Source of the DNA: Gemmatimonadota bacterium
GTDB taxonomy: Bacteria > Latescibacterota > UBA2968 > UBA8231
Direction of reading: 5' to 3'
NCBI GenBank assembly: GCA_038153405.1
Contig: JAYOYH010000024.1
Span: forward strand, 14,674-63,735
Length of the DNA stretch: 49,062 nucleotides
Made by a program: the position numbers and the translations under genes. The notes beneath the pieces were generated by a model. The model was not told the DNA's origin. It saw only the letters and a list, made by a program, of their open reading frames with translations, and searched no databases. This document shows, piece by piece, positions 22,483-32,167 of the stretch. The stretch's first letter is position 1. Every line of letters begins with the position of its first letter.

Positions 22483-23505
22483 GTGGCTGAGATGGTCGAT
22501 GTAATTGCCGGTGAAAACGAGCTGATCGAGCAGATGTGCACGCCGAGCGCGGCGGTGCGCGCAGCGGTGGGTGCACTAGACGGCGACGTCGTCGTGCTGG
22601 GTGCGGCAGGTAAAATGGGACCTACGCTGTGCGAACTGCTAGTGCGCGCCGGGGCGCGCCGAGTCATAGCGGTATCGCGCTTTTCCGATCCCCAGCAGCG
22701 CGCGTATTTGCAGGGGATTGGCGTGGAGACGATTGCAGCGGACCTATTGGATGCCGCTGCGCTGTCGCAGTTGCCCGATGCGCCGTACGTGTACCACTTG
22801 GCCGGTTTTAAGTTCGGGGCGGCGGGCCATGTCGATACGACTTGGGCAATGAATGCTTGGCTGCCCGGCCAGGTCGTGCGGCGCTACAGCGATGCCCGCA
22901 TCGTCTACGTGAGTTCGGGCAACGTCTACGCTTTCGCTCCTAGCAGCAGTCGAGGCGCTGACGAGCAGGGGGCCATCGGCCCCGTGGGTGAATACGCGCA
23001 GTCGAGGCTGGGCGGCGAACGCCTGGCCCAGTACTGGTCGCGCGCGCAGGGCACGCCGCTGGCCATCGTGCGCCTGTTCTACGCGACGGAATTGCGCTAT
23101 GGCATTATCCACGATCTGGCTTGGAGGGTGTGGAACGGCGATGCCATCGATCTGACGATGGGCTATGTTAACCAGATATGGCAAGGCGATGCCAATGCCT
23201 ACCTATGCCAGTTTTTCCCCCTGTGCGACCGTCCGGCCGCCTTCTTCAATATGACGGGAACTCAAGTGCTATCGACGCGCGCAATGGCCATGCGACTGGG
23301 CGAATTGATGGGGCGCCCGCCGCATTTTATCCATAGCGAGGCCGACGATGCGCTGCTGGGCAATGCGGAGCGCTTATTCGAGCAGTTGGGCCGCCCGCAG
23401 GTGAGCGTAGAGCGCATGCTGCAGTGGGTGGCTCACTGGGTGCAGCAGGGGGGTAAAAGCCTCGGCAAGCCGACCAAGTACGAGTCGCGCAGCGGAAAGT
23501 TCTGA
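22483..23505 (+). CDS. NAD-dependent epimerase/dehydratase family protein
   Basis: LGAAGKMG, LAGFKFG, SSGNVY, EYAQSRLGGER, KPTKYESRSGKF. Confidence 0.88.
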   Translation: MAEMVDVIAGENELIEQMCTPSAAVRAAVGALDGDVVVLGAAGKMGPTLCELLVRAGARRVIAVSRFSDPQQRAYLQGIGVETIAADLLDAAALSQLPDAPYVYHLAGFKFGAAGHVDTTWAMNAWLPGQVVRRYSDARIVYVSSGNVYAFAPSSSRGADEQGAIGPVGEYAQSRLGGERLAQYWSRAQGTPLAIVRLFYATELRYGIIHDLAWRVWNGDAIDLTMGYVNQIWQGDANAYLCQFFPLCDRPAAFFNMTGTQVLSTRAMAMRLGELMGRPPHFIHSEADDALLGNAERLFEQLGRPQVSVERMLQWVAHWVQQGGKSLGKPTKYESRSGKF

Positions 23506-23507
23506 GC

Positions 23508-24353
23508 GTGCGCGATGTCTGGCGTGCCGCCTTTAAGCGAGAAGGGGCGCGCCTGTTGCAGCCTGGGTTGGGCGCAGGGGCGGTCGACGGCCAGCCTTTT
23601 GCCGATGGGCTCTGGTGCTGGGCGCAGTGGGTGGGTGCGGGAGAAGACCTCGGTGCAGTGGGTGGCCCCGCTTCCGATGCGGCGGCGGCTCTGTGCGCCG
23701 CGGCGCAGGGCGATCCCATTGGAGTCGATGGGCGAGGGGTGTGGGCGGCGCGTGGGCTCTACGCCTGGGGTAAAATGGCGGGTGATGAAGCGATGCGCCG
23801 CAAGGGACTGGCTCATGCGGAGGGCGTGTTCTCTGCCGTTGACGGCTATGCTGCCGGGCGCACGGAACTTTCGGTTTGGGCCGCAGTTCTCGCCCTGTGC
23901 GGAGAAGTGCTCGCCGACGGTGGGAATCGCGCCGTGCACTATATGGCTGCTCGCAGTGTGGCCGTCCTACTCAACGATTTTTACCAAGTAGAGCGCGGAG
24001 AGTTTCTCCATTGCACGGAGCGGGCAACGCTGCCAGACCAGGGTGGACAGGAGGCCGAACTGGCCGTGCAAATTGAGGCGGTCGATGCGCTTCTCGCAGA
24101 AGCCGTCCGCTGTGCCGACGAGCGCTTATGGGCCTGGTCTAACGCCTGCGTGCGGCGCTTGGCCGAGCGCGTCGGCGACGATGAACGGGCCGCTGAGGCG
24201 ATGCGCCTTCCCGCCGTGCGCATAGGATGTGAGCGGGGAGAGTCGTGGGCGGCCGATTGGATCGATCGCTCTTGGTGCGCAGTGCATGGCCAAATCGCGC
24301 AGGTGCGTCTGCGCTCGCTGGTAGCGGGTCTGCGGTTGCTCGATGCGGCGTAA
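23508..24353 (+). CDS. degenerate AGE (N-acylglucosamine 2-epimerase)-like alpha-helical protein
   Basis: Helical Ala-rich 281 aa. GRGVW and IEAVDALLAEAVR..DERLW resemble AGE-family segments. Fills the gap in the operon exactly. Confidence 0.5.
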   Translation: MRDVWRAAFKREGARLLQPGLGAGAVDGQPFADGLWCWAQWVGAGEDLGAVGGPASDAAAALCAAAQGDPIGVDGRGVWAARGLYAWGKMAGDEAMRRKGLAHAEGVFSAVDGYAAGRTELSVWAAVLALCGEVLADGGNRAVHYMAARSVAVLLNDFYQVERGEFLHCTERATLPDQGGQEAELAVQIEAVDALLAEAVRCADERLWAWSNACVRRLAERVGDDERAAEAMRLPAVRIGCERGESWAADWIDRSWCAVHGQIAQVRLRSLVAGLRLLDAA

Positions 24354-24370
24354 AAGGCAAGGAGTGAGCA

Positions 24371-25513
24371 TTGGCAAAGACAAAGCAAATCGGCCGGTCC
24401 GTGCGCGCAGAGCACGGCACCATTGCATCTTTTCCCAAAGACTTTTTTGGTTATTTTGGCTGGCCCAGTATTGCGCAGACCCAGTCGGGGCGACTGGTCG
24501 TGGCCGCTTCCGGTCTGCGCAACGACCACGTATGTCCCTTTGGCCGCACGATTATTTGCCACAGCGATGACCATGGCGACAGTTGGACGAGTCCGCGCGT
24601 GATAAACGACACCCCGTTGGACGATCGCGATGCCGGCGTGGTTTCGCTCGGTGGTGAGCGACTAGTTGTCACCTGGTTTAGCACCGACAACCGCCAGAGT
24701 TCGGGGAAGCGCTATATGGCGATGGGTGACCGAGAGCGCTCCGATCGCTGGCGCGAGGGGTTTGCGCGCATGGATAGCGCATCGGTTGAAGACTATATCG
24801 GATCGTGGGTGCGCTACAGCGAGGATGGCGGGGAGACCTGGGATGCTCCACGCCGCATTATGTTGACGGCCCCACACGGCCCCATCGCCCTGCAGACCGG
24901 TTCGCTGCTCTTGCTGGGCAAGCACTTTTCCACCATGGACGGCTTTGTGCGCGGCGAGGGGGCCATCGCCTCCATGCGCTCTACCGATGGTGGGCGCAAT
25001 TGGGAATTGGGGGGCACGGTGCCGCTGCTGGAGGGCACGGTGGAAGCGCAGTATCACGAAGCACACGTCGTGGAACTACCCGATGGGCGCCTATTGGGTC
25101 TGCTGCGTTTTGAAGACGGGGACGGGAGAGCGACCTCTGATATCGGGGTGCCGAGCTTTTCGCTGCTGCAAACGCGCTCCGAGAACCGCGGGCGCATTTG
25201 GTCCAGGCCCGAACCGCTCAAATTTCACGGTGCGCCACCCCATTTGCTCCGCCACTCATCGGGGGTTCTGGTCTGCACCTATGGCTACCGGCAGGTGCCT
25301 TTTGGTCAGCGCGCTATGGTCAGTGCCGACGAAGGCGAGACGTGGCACTACGACCTCGTGCTGCGCGACGACGGGCCGGACGAGGATCTGGGTTACCCAT
25401 CGAGCGTCGAATTGGCCGATGGCAGTCTGCTCACGGTGTACTATCAAAAAGTGAGTAGCGTGCGCGATCGCTGCAGTTTGCTGTGGACGCGCTGGAGGCT
25501 GCCCCAGCTTTAG
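24371..25513 (+). CDS. sialidase-like BNR/Asp-box repeat protein
   Basis: Five Asp-box-like repeats (SDDHGDSW, SEDGGETW, STDGGRNW, SENRGRIW, SADEGETW), DDRD, DLGYP. AAGGAG RBS before the TTG start. Confidence 0.88.
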   Translation: MAKTKQIGRSVRAEHGTIASFPKDFFGYFGWPSIAQTQSGRLVVAASGLRNDHVCPFGRTIICHSDDHGDSWTSPRVINDTPLDDRDAGVVSLGGERLVVTWFSTDNRQSSGKRYMAMGDRERSDRWREGFARMDSASVEDYIGSWVRYSEDGGETWDAPRRIMLTAPHGPIALQTGSLLLLGKHFSTMDGFVRGEGAIASMRSTDGGRNWELGGTVPLLEGTVEAQYHEAHVVELPDGRLLGLLRFEDGDGRATSDIGVPSFSLLQTRSENRGRIWSRPEPLKFHGAPPHLLRHSSGVLVCTYGYRQVPFGQRAMVSADEGETWHYDLVLRDDGPDEDLGYPSSVELADGSLLTVYYQKVSSVRDRCSLLWTRWRLPQL

Positions 25514-26835
25514 GGACGGCGTCCTCTTTCCTCAATCGGTGCGCGCTGTTGCCAGGCAAAGGGGGCCAGTTTTACCGCCAGACCGCCGGGCCGCATCAGC
25601 GCATATACCACGACGTTGGTCGCCGCCTGTAGATAGGGCAGGCGGGCAATTTGCTCCTCGCCTGCGGCCCCTTCCTCACCGCCAGCACCCTCCGGGCTTT
25701 CCTCTTCGGTCTGACAGGCTCCATTGGCTAGCGGTTCGCCGACCCAGCGTCTGCGCATGTCCAGATCGCTGAGCAAGGCGACCAGCTGACCCTCCGGCGT
25801 CTCGACGCCCCACAGACCGCGCAGCGTGCCCATACACGGCGTGCGTTCGGGATAGTACCAAGCATTGCCCAAACCGATGGGAAAGCGCGTTACTGCGCGC
25901 TTGTTCTCGCTGGGGAAGCCGTCCTCATAGGCATAGTATGCGCGATACACGGGGTGGTCCAAGGGGATTTCGAAGACTTGACCGCGATTCTGCAACGCGC
26001 GGCGAATCTGCCGCAGGGCCTCTTTTAGAAACCAGTGGTCATCGGGGCCATCGCCGGCGTCGACAAAGAGAAAGCCGCCGCCGCGCAGGTAGCGCCCCAA
26101 GCGCTCGCTGTCGCCTTGGTTGAGAAAAATGCGTTCTTCGCTGGAGGCTCGTCCGCGCAGCGGTCCGGGAAAGAGGAAGTGAATGGGGTCTTCCAGCAGC
26201 GTGTCGCTGCTAAAACCGCGCACCGCGACGCCGCGCGCACGGGCGATGATTGAGGTGTGGTCGCGCATATAGCGCGCTAAGTCTTCTATGCGGTAGTTAT
26301 CGGTGGTGCCATCGAGCAATAGGTGGGTAAAGTTGATGAAGCCCTCGGGGCGCTGTAGGCTGTCTTGCCCGACTACGATGGCGGCCTTGAAGCGCTCGCT
26401 CTGAGCTAGGGTAGCTAGGTCGATTAAATCCAAGGAAAACTCGTCGTAGGCAGCCATCGGTCCCGCCTCGAGGGAGGGGCGCATCTCCTCTTCGTCGTTG
26501 GGAGGGGGCAGTAGCTTGCCTTCCTTATCGGGTGGGCGCGCACTCAACGGGGCCTCGTCGGGAGTCACGCCCGGCGTCGGTATGCGTTCGGCGGCAATTT
26601 CTGGCGCTTCCAGAGGCTGGCCGCCGGTAGCCAATCGCTCCATGTGCACTTGCTGTAGGTTGGGTGAGGCTGCGCCGCCGAAGCGCTGGGCTGGGGTAGC
26701 GACCGCGTGGCTAAAACGGCGGACCAACGGTAACTGGGTAGGGTTGGTGTAAAGGGCCTGATACAGGTATATAACCGATGTGTGCAGCAGCAGGGAAACC
26801 AGAGTGCAGCAGGCAAGCAGGCGGCGGTTGGACAT
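25510..26835 (-). CDS. DUF4159-like domain protein with an N-terminal membrane anchor and Pro-rich linker
   Basis: SLLLH TM anchor, Pro/Glu-rich linker, LGRYLRGGGFLFVD, IPLDHPVY, NVVVYAL. Confidence 0.75.
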   Translation of the reverse strand: MSNRRLLACCTLVSLLLHTSVIYLYQALYTNPTQLPLVRRFSHAVATPAQRFGGAASPNLQQVHMERLATGGQPLEAPEIAAERIPTPGVTPDEAPLSARPPDKEGKLLPPPNDEEEMRPSLEAGPMAAYDEFSLDLIDLATLAQSERFKAAIVVGQDSLQRPEGFINFTHLLLDGTTDNYRIEDLARYMRDHTSIIARARGVAVRGFSSDTLLEDPIHFLFPGPLRGRASSEERIFLNQGDSERLGRYLRGGGFLFVDAGDGPDDHWFLKEALRQIRRALQNRGQVFEIPLDHPVYRAYYAYEDGFPSENKRAVTRFPIGLGNAWYYPERTPCMGTLRGLWGVETPEGQLVALLSDLDMRRRWVGEPLANGACQTEEESPEGAGGEEGAAGEEQIARLPYLQAATNVVVYALMRPGGLAVKLAPFAWQQRAPIEERGRRP

Positions 26836-26977
26836 GGCAGTGCGGTCGGATCTCGGGATTGCCCGGTAAATATATAAGGCGGCTATTGCGTGCTATTGCG
26901 CGCATGAAACGCGAAATATAGCGCCTTAGGTGATCCTTATACAGGGCGTTATCTCCCCGCCTTTATGCGGACTATCG

Positions 26978-28144
26978 CTAAATTTGTTCTTGCTCATGTA
27001 CGTAGCGGATTGCCTCGGCATCGTCCGCATCGAGGGTGAGCAGATCGCGATAGAGACTGAGTGCTGACTCCACATCGTTGCGGACGGCGGCCGTAGATGC
27101 CAGAGCGCGCAGAATATTAGTATGGTGCGGCAGGTGCTGGCGAACCTTAAACAGCCAGCACTCGACATCCTCTATCTGGTCAGGTAGTGCGCGCTGCTGC
27201 GGAGATACGGGTGTCCTACCCGATAGGGATTGCTGCAACAGGCCCATCAGGCCACCCGAAGGGGCGGCGCTGCGCTGGGCGCGCTCATCTAATGCAACCA
27301 TCCACAGCGATAGCGCCTCGACAAAGGATTCGCCCGCCTCCGCATAAGCCCCCGATTCGTAGAGGGCAGCGCCGAAATTGTAAAAAACGGCCGGATTGTC
27401 GAGCCCGTAGTCGATCAGTTGGGCGTAGATAGCCAGTTCGCCCTTCATATCATCGGCTGCAAAGGCAGCGTTGGCTCGGCGGTACAGCGCACGCACGTCG
27501 GCTTCCAGGCCATGCAGGGTTTCTAGTGCACGCCCTTTCGCTTCTGCAGGCACGCGTACTCGCAGCGATTTACCTTCGTCGCCCGTCAACGTGGCGGTTT
27601 GCACGGTATGCAGAATATCCACCTCGTGGAGCGCATGCGCTAGTCGCTGCACATAGCGCGGCGACCCCGCGCTGATTAACAGATACCATCCATCGAGATC
27701 GAGGCGCGTCGGGGTATCTTCAGGCTGGTGTTCAAGGCGCAGAAAGCGCGAGACAAAGAGGGCGACTTCTGTCTGCGTAGCCAGAAAGAAAGAGGAGCAA
27801 TAGGTGGTGCCTTCGTAGTAGTGCACGCTCCAATCGCGCACCTCGCGCTGCACGGCTAAAGCGTGGTCGAAGCAGTGGCGAAAGGTCCTCAGTTGCCATA
27901 TGGGCCAGGCGGAACGGACGATGTCGACGGCGTGGGCAATCTCGCAGTTCCGCTCGGGCATGCGTTCCATGGATACGCTAACGCGGTCGATATAGCGATC
28001 GAGGTCGAGGCCGCGTCGTTCCGTTTCGGCGCGCGCGGCGACGATAAAGGGGGGGCGATAATCGGCGCGTTCCAGCGTTAGGGCGCGCACGAGAGCATTA
28101 TCGCTTAGCATTTCTAAGCGGCGCAGTAAGACGGGGTCTTCCAT
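26978..28144 (-). CDS. TPR-containing hypothetical protein
   Basis: TPR-like helices in the C-terminal half (NPAVFYNFGAALYESGAYAEA, ALSLYRDLLTLDADD). Confidence 0.7.
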   Translation of the reverse strand: MEDPVLLRRLEMLSDNALVRALTLERADYRPPFIVAARAETERRGLDLDRYIDRVSVSMERMPERNCEIAHAVDIVRSAWPIWQLRTFRHCFDHALAVQREVRDWSVHYYEGTTYCSSFFLATQTEVALFVSRFLRLEHQPEDTPTRLDLDGWYLLISAGSPRYVQRLAHALHEVDILHTVQTATLTGDEGKSLRVRVPAEAKGRALETLHGLEADVRALYRRANAAFAADDMKGELAIYAQLIDYGLDNPAVFYNFGAALYESGAYAEAGESFVEALSLWMVALDERAQRSAAPSGGLMGLLQQSLSGRTPVSPQQRALPDQIEDVECWLFKVRQHLPHHTNILRALASTAAVRNDVESALSLYRDLLTLDADDAEAIRYVHEQEQI

Positions 28145-28149
28145 GCCGC

Positions 28150-28338
28150 CTATTCGAGCGGAATGCGCCGTCGCGGTCGCTCAGATGGTGGTTCGCGCTC
28201 AAGGCGACCGGCGCGGCCACCATCTTTAAAAACGCCCAGTAGGCGACTGCCAACCCACCAGGCGGCCACGATAAAAGCCGCTAGGTAGTACGCGCTCAGG
28301 CGCTCCCCACTCGAGAAAAATTCCAAGACGGTGTTCAC
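28150..28338 (-). CDS. small single-TM hypothetical protein
   Basis: 62 aa, one TM and a basic tail. Fills the space between co-oriented genes with 5-6 nt gaps. Confidence 0.6.
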   Translation of the reverse strand: MNTVLEFFSSGERLSAYYLAAFIVAAWWVGSRLLGVFKDGGRAGRLEREPPSERPRRRIPLE

Positions 28339-28344
28339 GCTTAC

Positions 28345-29121
28345 CTAAACATCAGAGCGCAACACGTCGCCCCGCATGCACTCGGCCGCCCAGATGAGCA
28401 GGCCGCAGTCGTTACTCATCTGCAACCACTGCACGCCGCGTTCTATCATGGTGCGACCAAAGGCCGGATCGATACCCATGCCGGAACCAACGAAGATGCC
28501 GGCCTTGCGCGCAGCTCCAATGGCTTTTTCCAGAGCGGTTATTACGTCGGGGTGATCCACTTCACCGAGGCGGCCGAACGATCCGGACAGGTCCCAAGGT
28601 CCCAGAACGATGGAATCCAGACCGGGCACGGCGACGATTTCGTCAATGGCTTCGATGGCTTCTACGGTTTCAATCATCACTGCGGCAAAAATGCCCGCAT
28701 TGGCGCGATCGACGTATTCGGTACCGGCATCGCGCCCGTAGTCGGACGGTACGTTGGGACCAAAGCCGCGCCGTCCCTGGTTGGGGTAGCGACAGTCATC
28801 GACAAAGGCGCGGACTTCGTCGACGCTTTTGATCTGCGGAGCGATAACGCCTGGGGCACCGGAGTCGAGCGCGTTTTTGACAAAGGGCGTGCTGTGATGG
28901 GCCACGCGGACGACTACGGGAATTTGTTTATAGCGCGCGGCTAGCAGATGGCCGCGCATGGCCTCGGGGCTCATGGGGGCGTGCTCTAGATCGATCCACA
29001 AAAAGTCGAGCGAGGGCGCTAGGGCTTCGCTGGTCTGTGGGTCGCTGAGTGTAACGCTGGTGCCCACTAGTACCTCGCCCTCACCGAGGCGTTGGCGAAA
29101 AGCGTTTATGGGTTTAAACAT
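28345..29121 (-). CDS. HpcH/HpaI family aldolase (GarL/RhmA-like)
   Basis: WIDLEH, VVRV, GRRGFG, MIET, GPWDLS. GAGG RBS. Confidence 0.92.
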   Translation of the reverse strand: MFKPINAFRQRLGEGEVLVGTSVTLSDPQTSEALAPSLDFLWIDLEHAPMSPEAMRGHLLAARYKQIPVVVRVAHHSTPFVKNALDSGAPGVIAPQIKSVDEVRAFVDDCRYPNQGRRGFGPNVPSDYGRDAGTEYVDRANAGIFAAVMIETVEAIEAIDEIVAVPGLDSIVLGPWDLSGSFGRLGEVDHPDVITALEKAIGAARKAGIFVGSGMGIDPAFGRTMIERGVQWLQMSNDCGLLIWAAECMRGDVLRSDV

Positions 29122-29132
29122 GGCAATTCCTC

Positions 29133-30845
29133 TCAGCGATAGTGGGGTTGTTCTCTCAAATGGTATTCGAGCAGGTGGCCGCGCGCGCCCATGTAAAAAA
29201 CGCCTGGTGCGCCTTCGACGATTTGGTATAGATCGCTGATGGGCGGGGTGTCGAGACGGATGATGCGCTCTGCGACCACGTCGATTTTAAATACTTCGCT
29301 CTGGGTAACGCCGTAGATATCGCCGTCGTGTCCACAGGTCAGATGGATGACGCCATAGGTTTCGGGCACGCCCATCAGCGGCGTGCCGTCACCCGGCGCG
29401 TGCCAGCGCCTGACGATCTGGCGCTGGTCGACATCAAAGGCGAAGAGTGTCGAAGCGCTGGTGCTGCCGTAGACGAGTCTCGAGCGATGGCTGACGGCCA
29501 GCGAAGTGATGGCTACGGCTTGGTGATCGGGTATGCACTCAAAGGCGCGCTCTTCGCGCTCGACGTCAAAGAGGAAGAACCGTCCTTGGGTGGTCGTCTC
29601 GATACAGCCCCTGCCGCCGGAGATACTCGTGCCGCCATAGACGTAGCGCTCGTCGGCAGCAACGGCCTGCACGCTCTGATCGAAATCGCGAAAGACGCGC
29701 ATCGACTCGCCGTCGGGGCAAAAGCGCGCCAGACCGCCGCCGGGCAGGCGATAGTTGGCACGGCAGGCGATGTATATGCACCCATCGGATCCAATGGCGT
29801 ACTCAAATGGGCGGTTCATGTCTTCGCCGATCAGGCCAAAGCTGTGCGGGTTGGCTTCAGGATCGCGCCCCTCGCTCTCGGGAAGGGGATTCCACGCTCG
29901 CTCGGGGTCGTAGACGCCCCAATACCCGCCCGAGTAACTACCCATATAGAGCCGGTCGCGGTGGGTGATGACATCGTAAATCTCGCCTCCACCCCAGCCG
30001 ACGCGGCCCAGGTCTTCTAGGCGGCGCTCCGTCCGTTGGAAGCAAAATATGTGCATCGATATAATGGTGCTACCGTAGACGTTGCCATCGGGTCCAATAT
30101 TGAGGCCGACGATGTCGGTGGCGACCTTGGGCTGGTAATCGCTCGTGCGCAATTGTCCATCTAATTCATAGCGCGCATCGAGGCGAAACTGCGCGTGCGC
30201 GTTGCGGATGGGGGGAGGCGTTGGCGGCAGTTCGGGCAAGTGGTCGATAATTCGGCGTTGTCCGCTGTGCGGATTGTAGGCCACATTGGACACTGGATCG
30301 CGCGCAATATTGCAGACGACTTCGCCGCTGTCGATTACCTGGCGCGGATAGCACCAGATATGCTGGTCGGCCACGATGGGGGGAAGGGCCTGCTGACCAC
30401 AGTCGCGCCAGCGCTGGCGCTGTGGGTCGTACTGCACGAGGTGGCCGTGCGGATGCGTCCCTAAGTAGATGCTTCCATCGGGGGCAACCAGCGGCGAACC
30501 GCAGAAGCGCTGGTCGACGAGGGGAGGGAAACCGTGCGATACAAGCCGGCGGTCGTTTGGATTCCACGAAAGCAGTAGGTGGCCGGGTTGGTAGAGGCCG
30601 TGGTAGGTGCATATCCACAAGGTGTGGGTTTGTGGGTCGGGCGTGGCGCCAAATTCGCGGCAGCCGATGCGAAACTCTTCGACGGTGCGACCACTGTCCA
30701 CGTCGATGGCAAAGAGCACCGCTCCCTCCTGGCCAAATTCACCGCCCCAAAGGAGATCCAACGCGCGCACGGGGTCGTGTAGTAGCCAACCTCCGCCCAT
30801 CCAGCCGCCGACGACGGGACGGCCCAAATCGTAGAATGTGCCCAT
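29133..30845 (-). CDS. beta-propeller repeat hypothetical protein
   Basis: Repeated blade-like motifs (PDGSIYLGT, PDGNVYGST, SDGCIYIA, HDGDIYG). ATG at 30845 follows a GGAG RBS. No signal peptide. Confidence 0.75.
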   Translation of the reverse strand: MGTFYDLGRPVVGGWMGGGWLLHDPVRALDLLWGGEFGQEGAVLFAIDVDSGRTVEEFRIGCREFGATPDPQTHTLWICTYHGLYQPGHLLLSWNPNDRRLVSHGFPPLVDQRFCGSPLVAPDGSIYLGTHPHGHLVQYDPQRQRWRDCGQQALPPIVADQHIWCYPRQVIDSGEVVCNIARDPVSNVAYNPHSGQRRIIDHLPELPPTPPPIRNAHAQFRLDARYELDGQLRTSDYQPKVATDIVGLNIGPDGNVYGSTIISMHIFCFQRTERRLEDLGRVGWGGGEIYDVITHRDRLYMGSYSGGYWGVYDPERAWNPLPESEGRDPEANPHSFGLIGEDMNRPFEYAIGSDGCIYIACRANYRLPGGGLARFCPDGESMRVFRDFDQSVQAVAADERYVYGGTSISGGRGCIETTTQGRFFLFDVEREERAFECIPDHQAVAITSLAVSHRSRLVYGSTSASTLFAFDVDQRQIVRRWHAPGDGTPLMGVPETYGVIHLTCGHDGDIYGVTQSEVFKIDVVAERIIRLDTPPISDLYQIVEGAPGVFYMGARGHLLEYHLREQPHYR

Positions 30846-31210
30846 ATAGGTGCTCCAATAAGTTGGCAGCTCAGTTCGCAGCGGCAAAATAAGCGAAAGT
30901 AGAGCGCGCGGGCAAACGAGACGGAACATAGATGACAGAAATGCCAATGTGCTCTAGCTGAATGGGTGGGTGCGCTCTGTGCAAGGACGATCACTGAGCA
31001 CTCGGTGTTTGCTCAAATGAGCGCCATGTATTTGTTTGATCTTCATATCGGGGTCTGTTTGTAAATCTATCTGTCGGCATACGCGAAAGCGGATTCACTG
31101 ATTAAAGCTCACCAAGTCCGCTACAAATGATGGAGTAGGTTGTGAGTCGATCGTTACCCATGGCATCGCGGCATTCACTGCGATGATCAAATCAATGGAG
31201 GAAGCAATAG

Positions 31211-32158
31211 ATGGTCCAACGTATCCGCATGTTGTTTTTCTGCACGCTATTTCTGGGTTATTCACTTGCCAGCGCCCAAGATATCAACGTTGTCACCTAC
31301 CAGCTAACCAACGACGAGCTGGGCGAAGCGGAAATTCATCCGGTAGACGATGAGTTCTATCAGTTTCTGCAGGAAGACGCCGAACTGCACCAGCGGGTTT
31401 GGGACCTGTTTAAGGAGCTAATTCCGGAGCAATACTGGGGGTGGTTTGTACGGTTTGAGATTGTGACGGACGACTTGGATGGCTCATTGGCTTCCGTGCT
31501 AAAAACGACGACGGATGGGAGCTCGAACGAATGGATCCTATCCGTCGATGTCGTAGATGCCGAAGATGCGTTCGCCACGGAAAGCCCGCAACTAAAAAAC
31601 ACCCTTATCCACGAGTTGGGTCACGTGCTGACGCTGTCGACGGATCAGATCGATTGGGACAACCCCGGCGTGCCGTTGAATGACGAGAGCACCGATGAAG
31701 ACGTATCGGATTTTTATTTATTTCAGGAAGACTGTGCCAGCGGATTTTTGATAGACGAGGGATGCTTAATCGAAAATTCGTATATGCACCTCTACTTTCA
31801 GGCCTTTTGGCAGCAGGAGGTATTCCAGGAACACTTAAACCTCATCTTGGAATATCCATCGGAGGAGGCCGCCGAAAGGCTCTACGGAGCTAACGAAGAT
31901 GACTACGTATCGGAATATGCCGCGACAAACCCCGTAGAAGATATCGCCGAGTCGTGGATGTTTTTCGTCATATCAGAAGAGGCTTCTGGGGGGAGTATAA
32001 AGGACCAAAAGATCAACTTCTTCTACCAGTTTGACGAATTAGTAGCTGTGCGAGATTACATCAGAAGCAACCTGGATGAATCGGGCAGTATGGACGATGT
32101 CGCGACCGCCATTCAGTCCGCTTCGTGGGGCCGCATAAAGATGGATTTCGATCGCTAA
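31211..32158 (+). CDS. secreted acidic HExxH zinc metallopeptidase-like protein with a C-terminal SWGxIK motif
   Basis: Signal peptide (..SLASA-Q), LIHELGH, YVSEYAATNPVEDIAESW, C-terminal ATAIQSASWGRIK. GGAGG RBS. Confidence 0.8.
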   Translation: MVQRIRMLFFCTLFLGYSLASAQDINVVTYQLTNDELGEAEIHPVDDEFYQFLQEDAELHQRVWDLFKELIPEQYWGWFVRFEIVTDDLDGSLASVLKTTTDGSSNEWILSVDVVDAEDAFATESPQLKNTLIHELGHVLTLSTDQIDWDNPGVPLNDESTDEDVSDFYLFQEDCASGFLIDEGCLIENSYMHLYFQAFWQQEVFQEHLNLILEYPSEEAAERLYGANEDDYVSEYAATNPVEDIAESWMFFVISEEASGGSIKDQKINFFYQFDELVAVRDYIRSNLDESGSMDDVATAIQSASWGRIKMDFDR

Positions 32159-32167
32159 GTCTCGTCC

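Noticed and set aside
26883..26901. GCTATTGCG tandem direct repeat upstream of the DUF4159 gene
   Set aside because: Only two short copies; could be an operator but cannot be told from chance.
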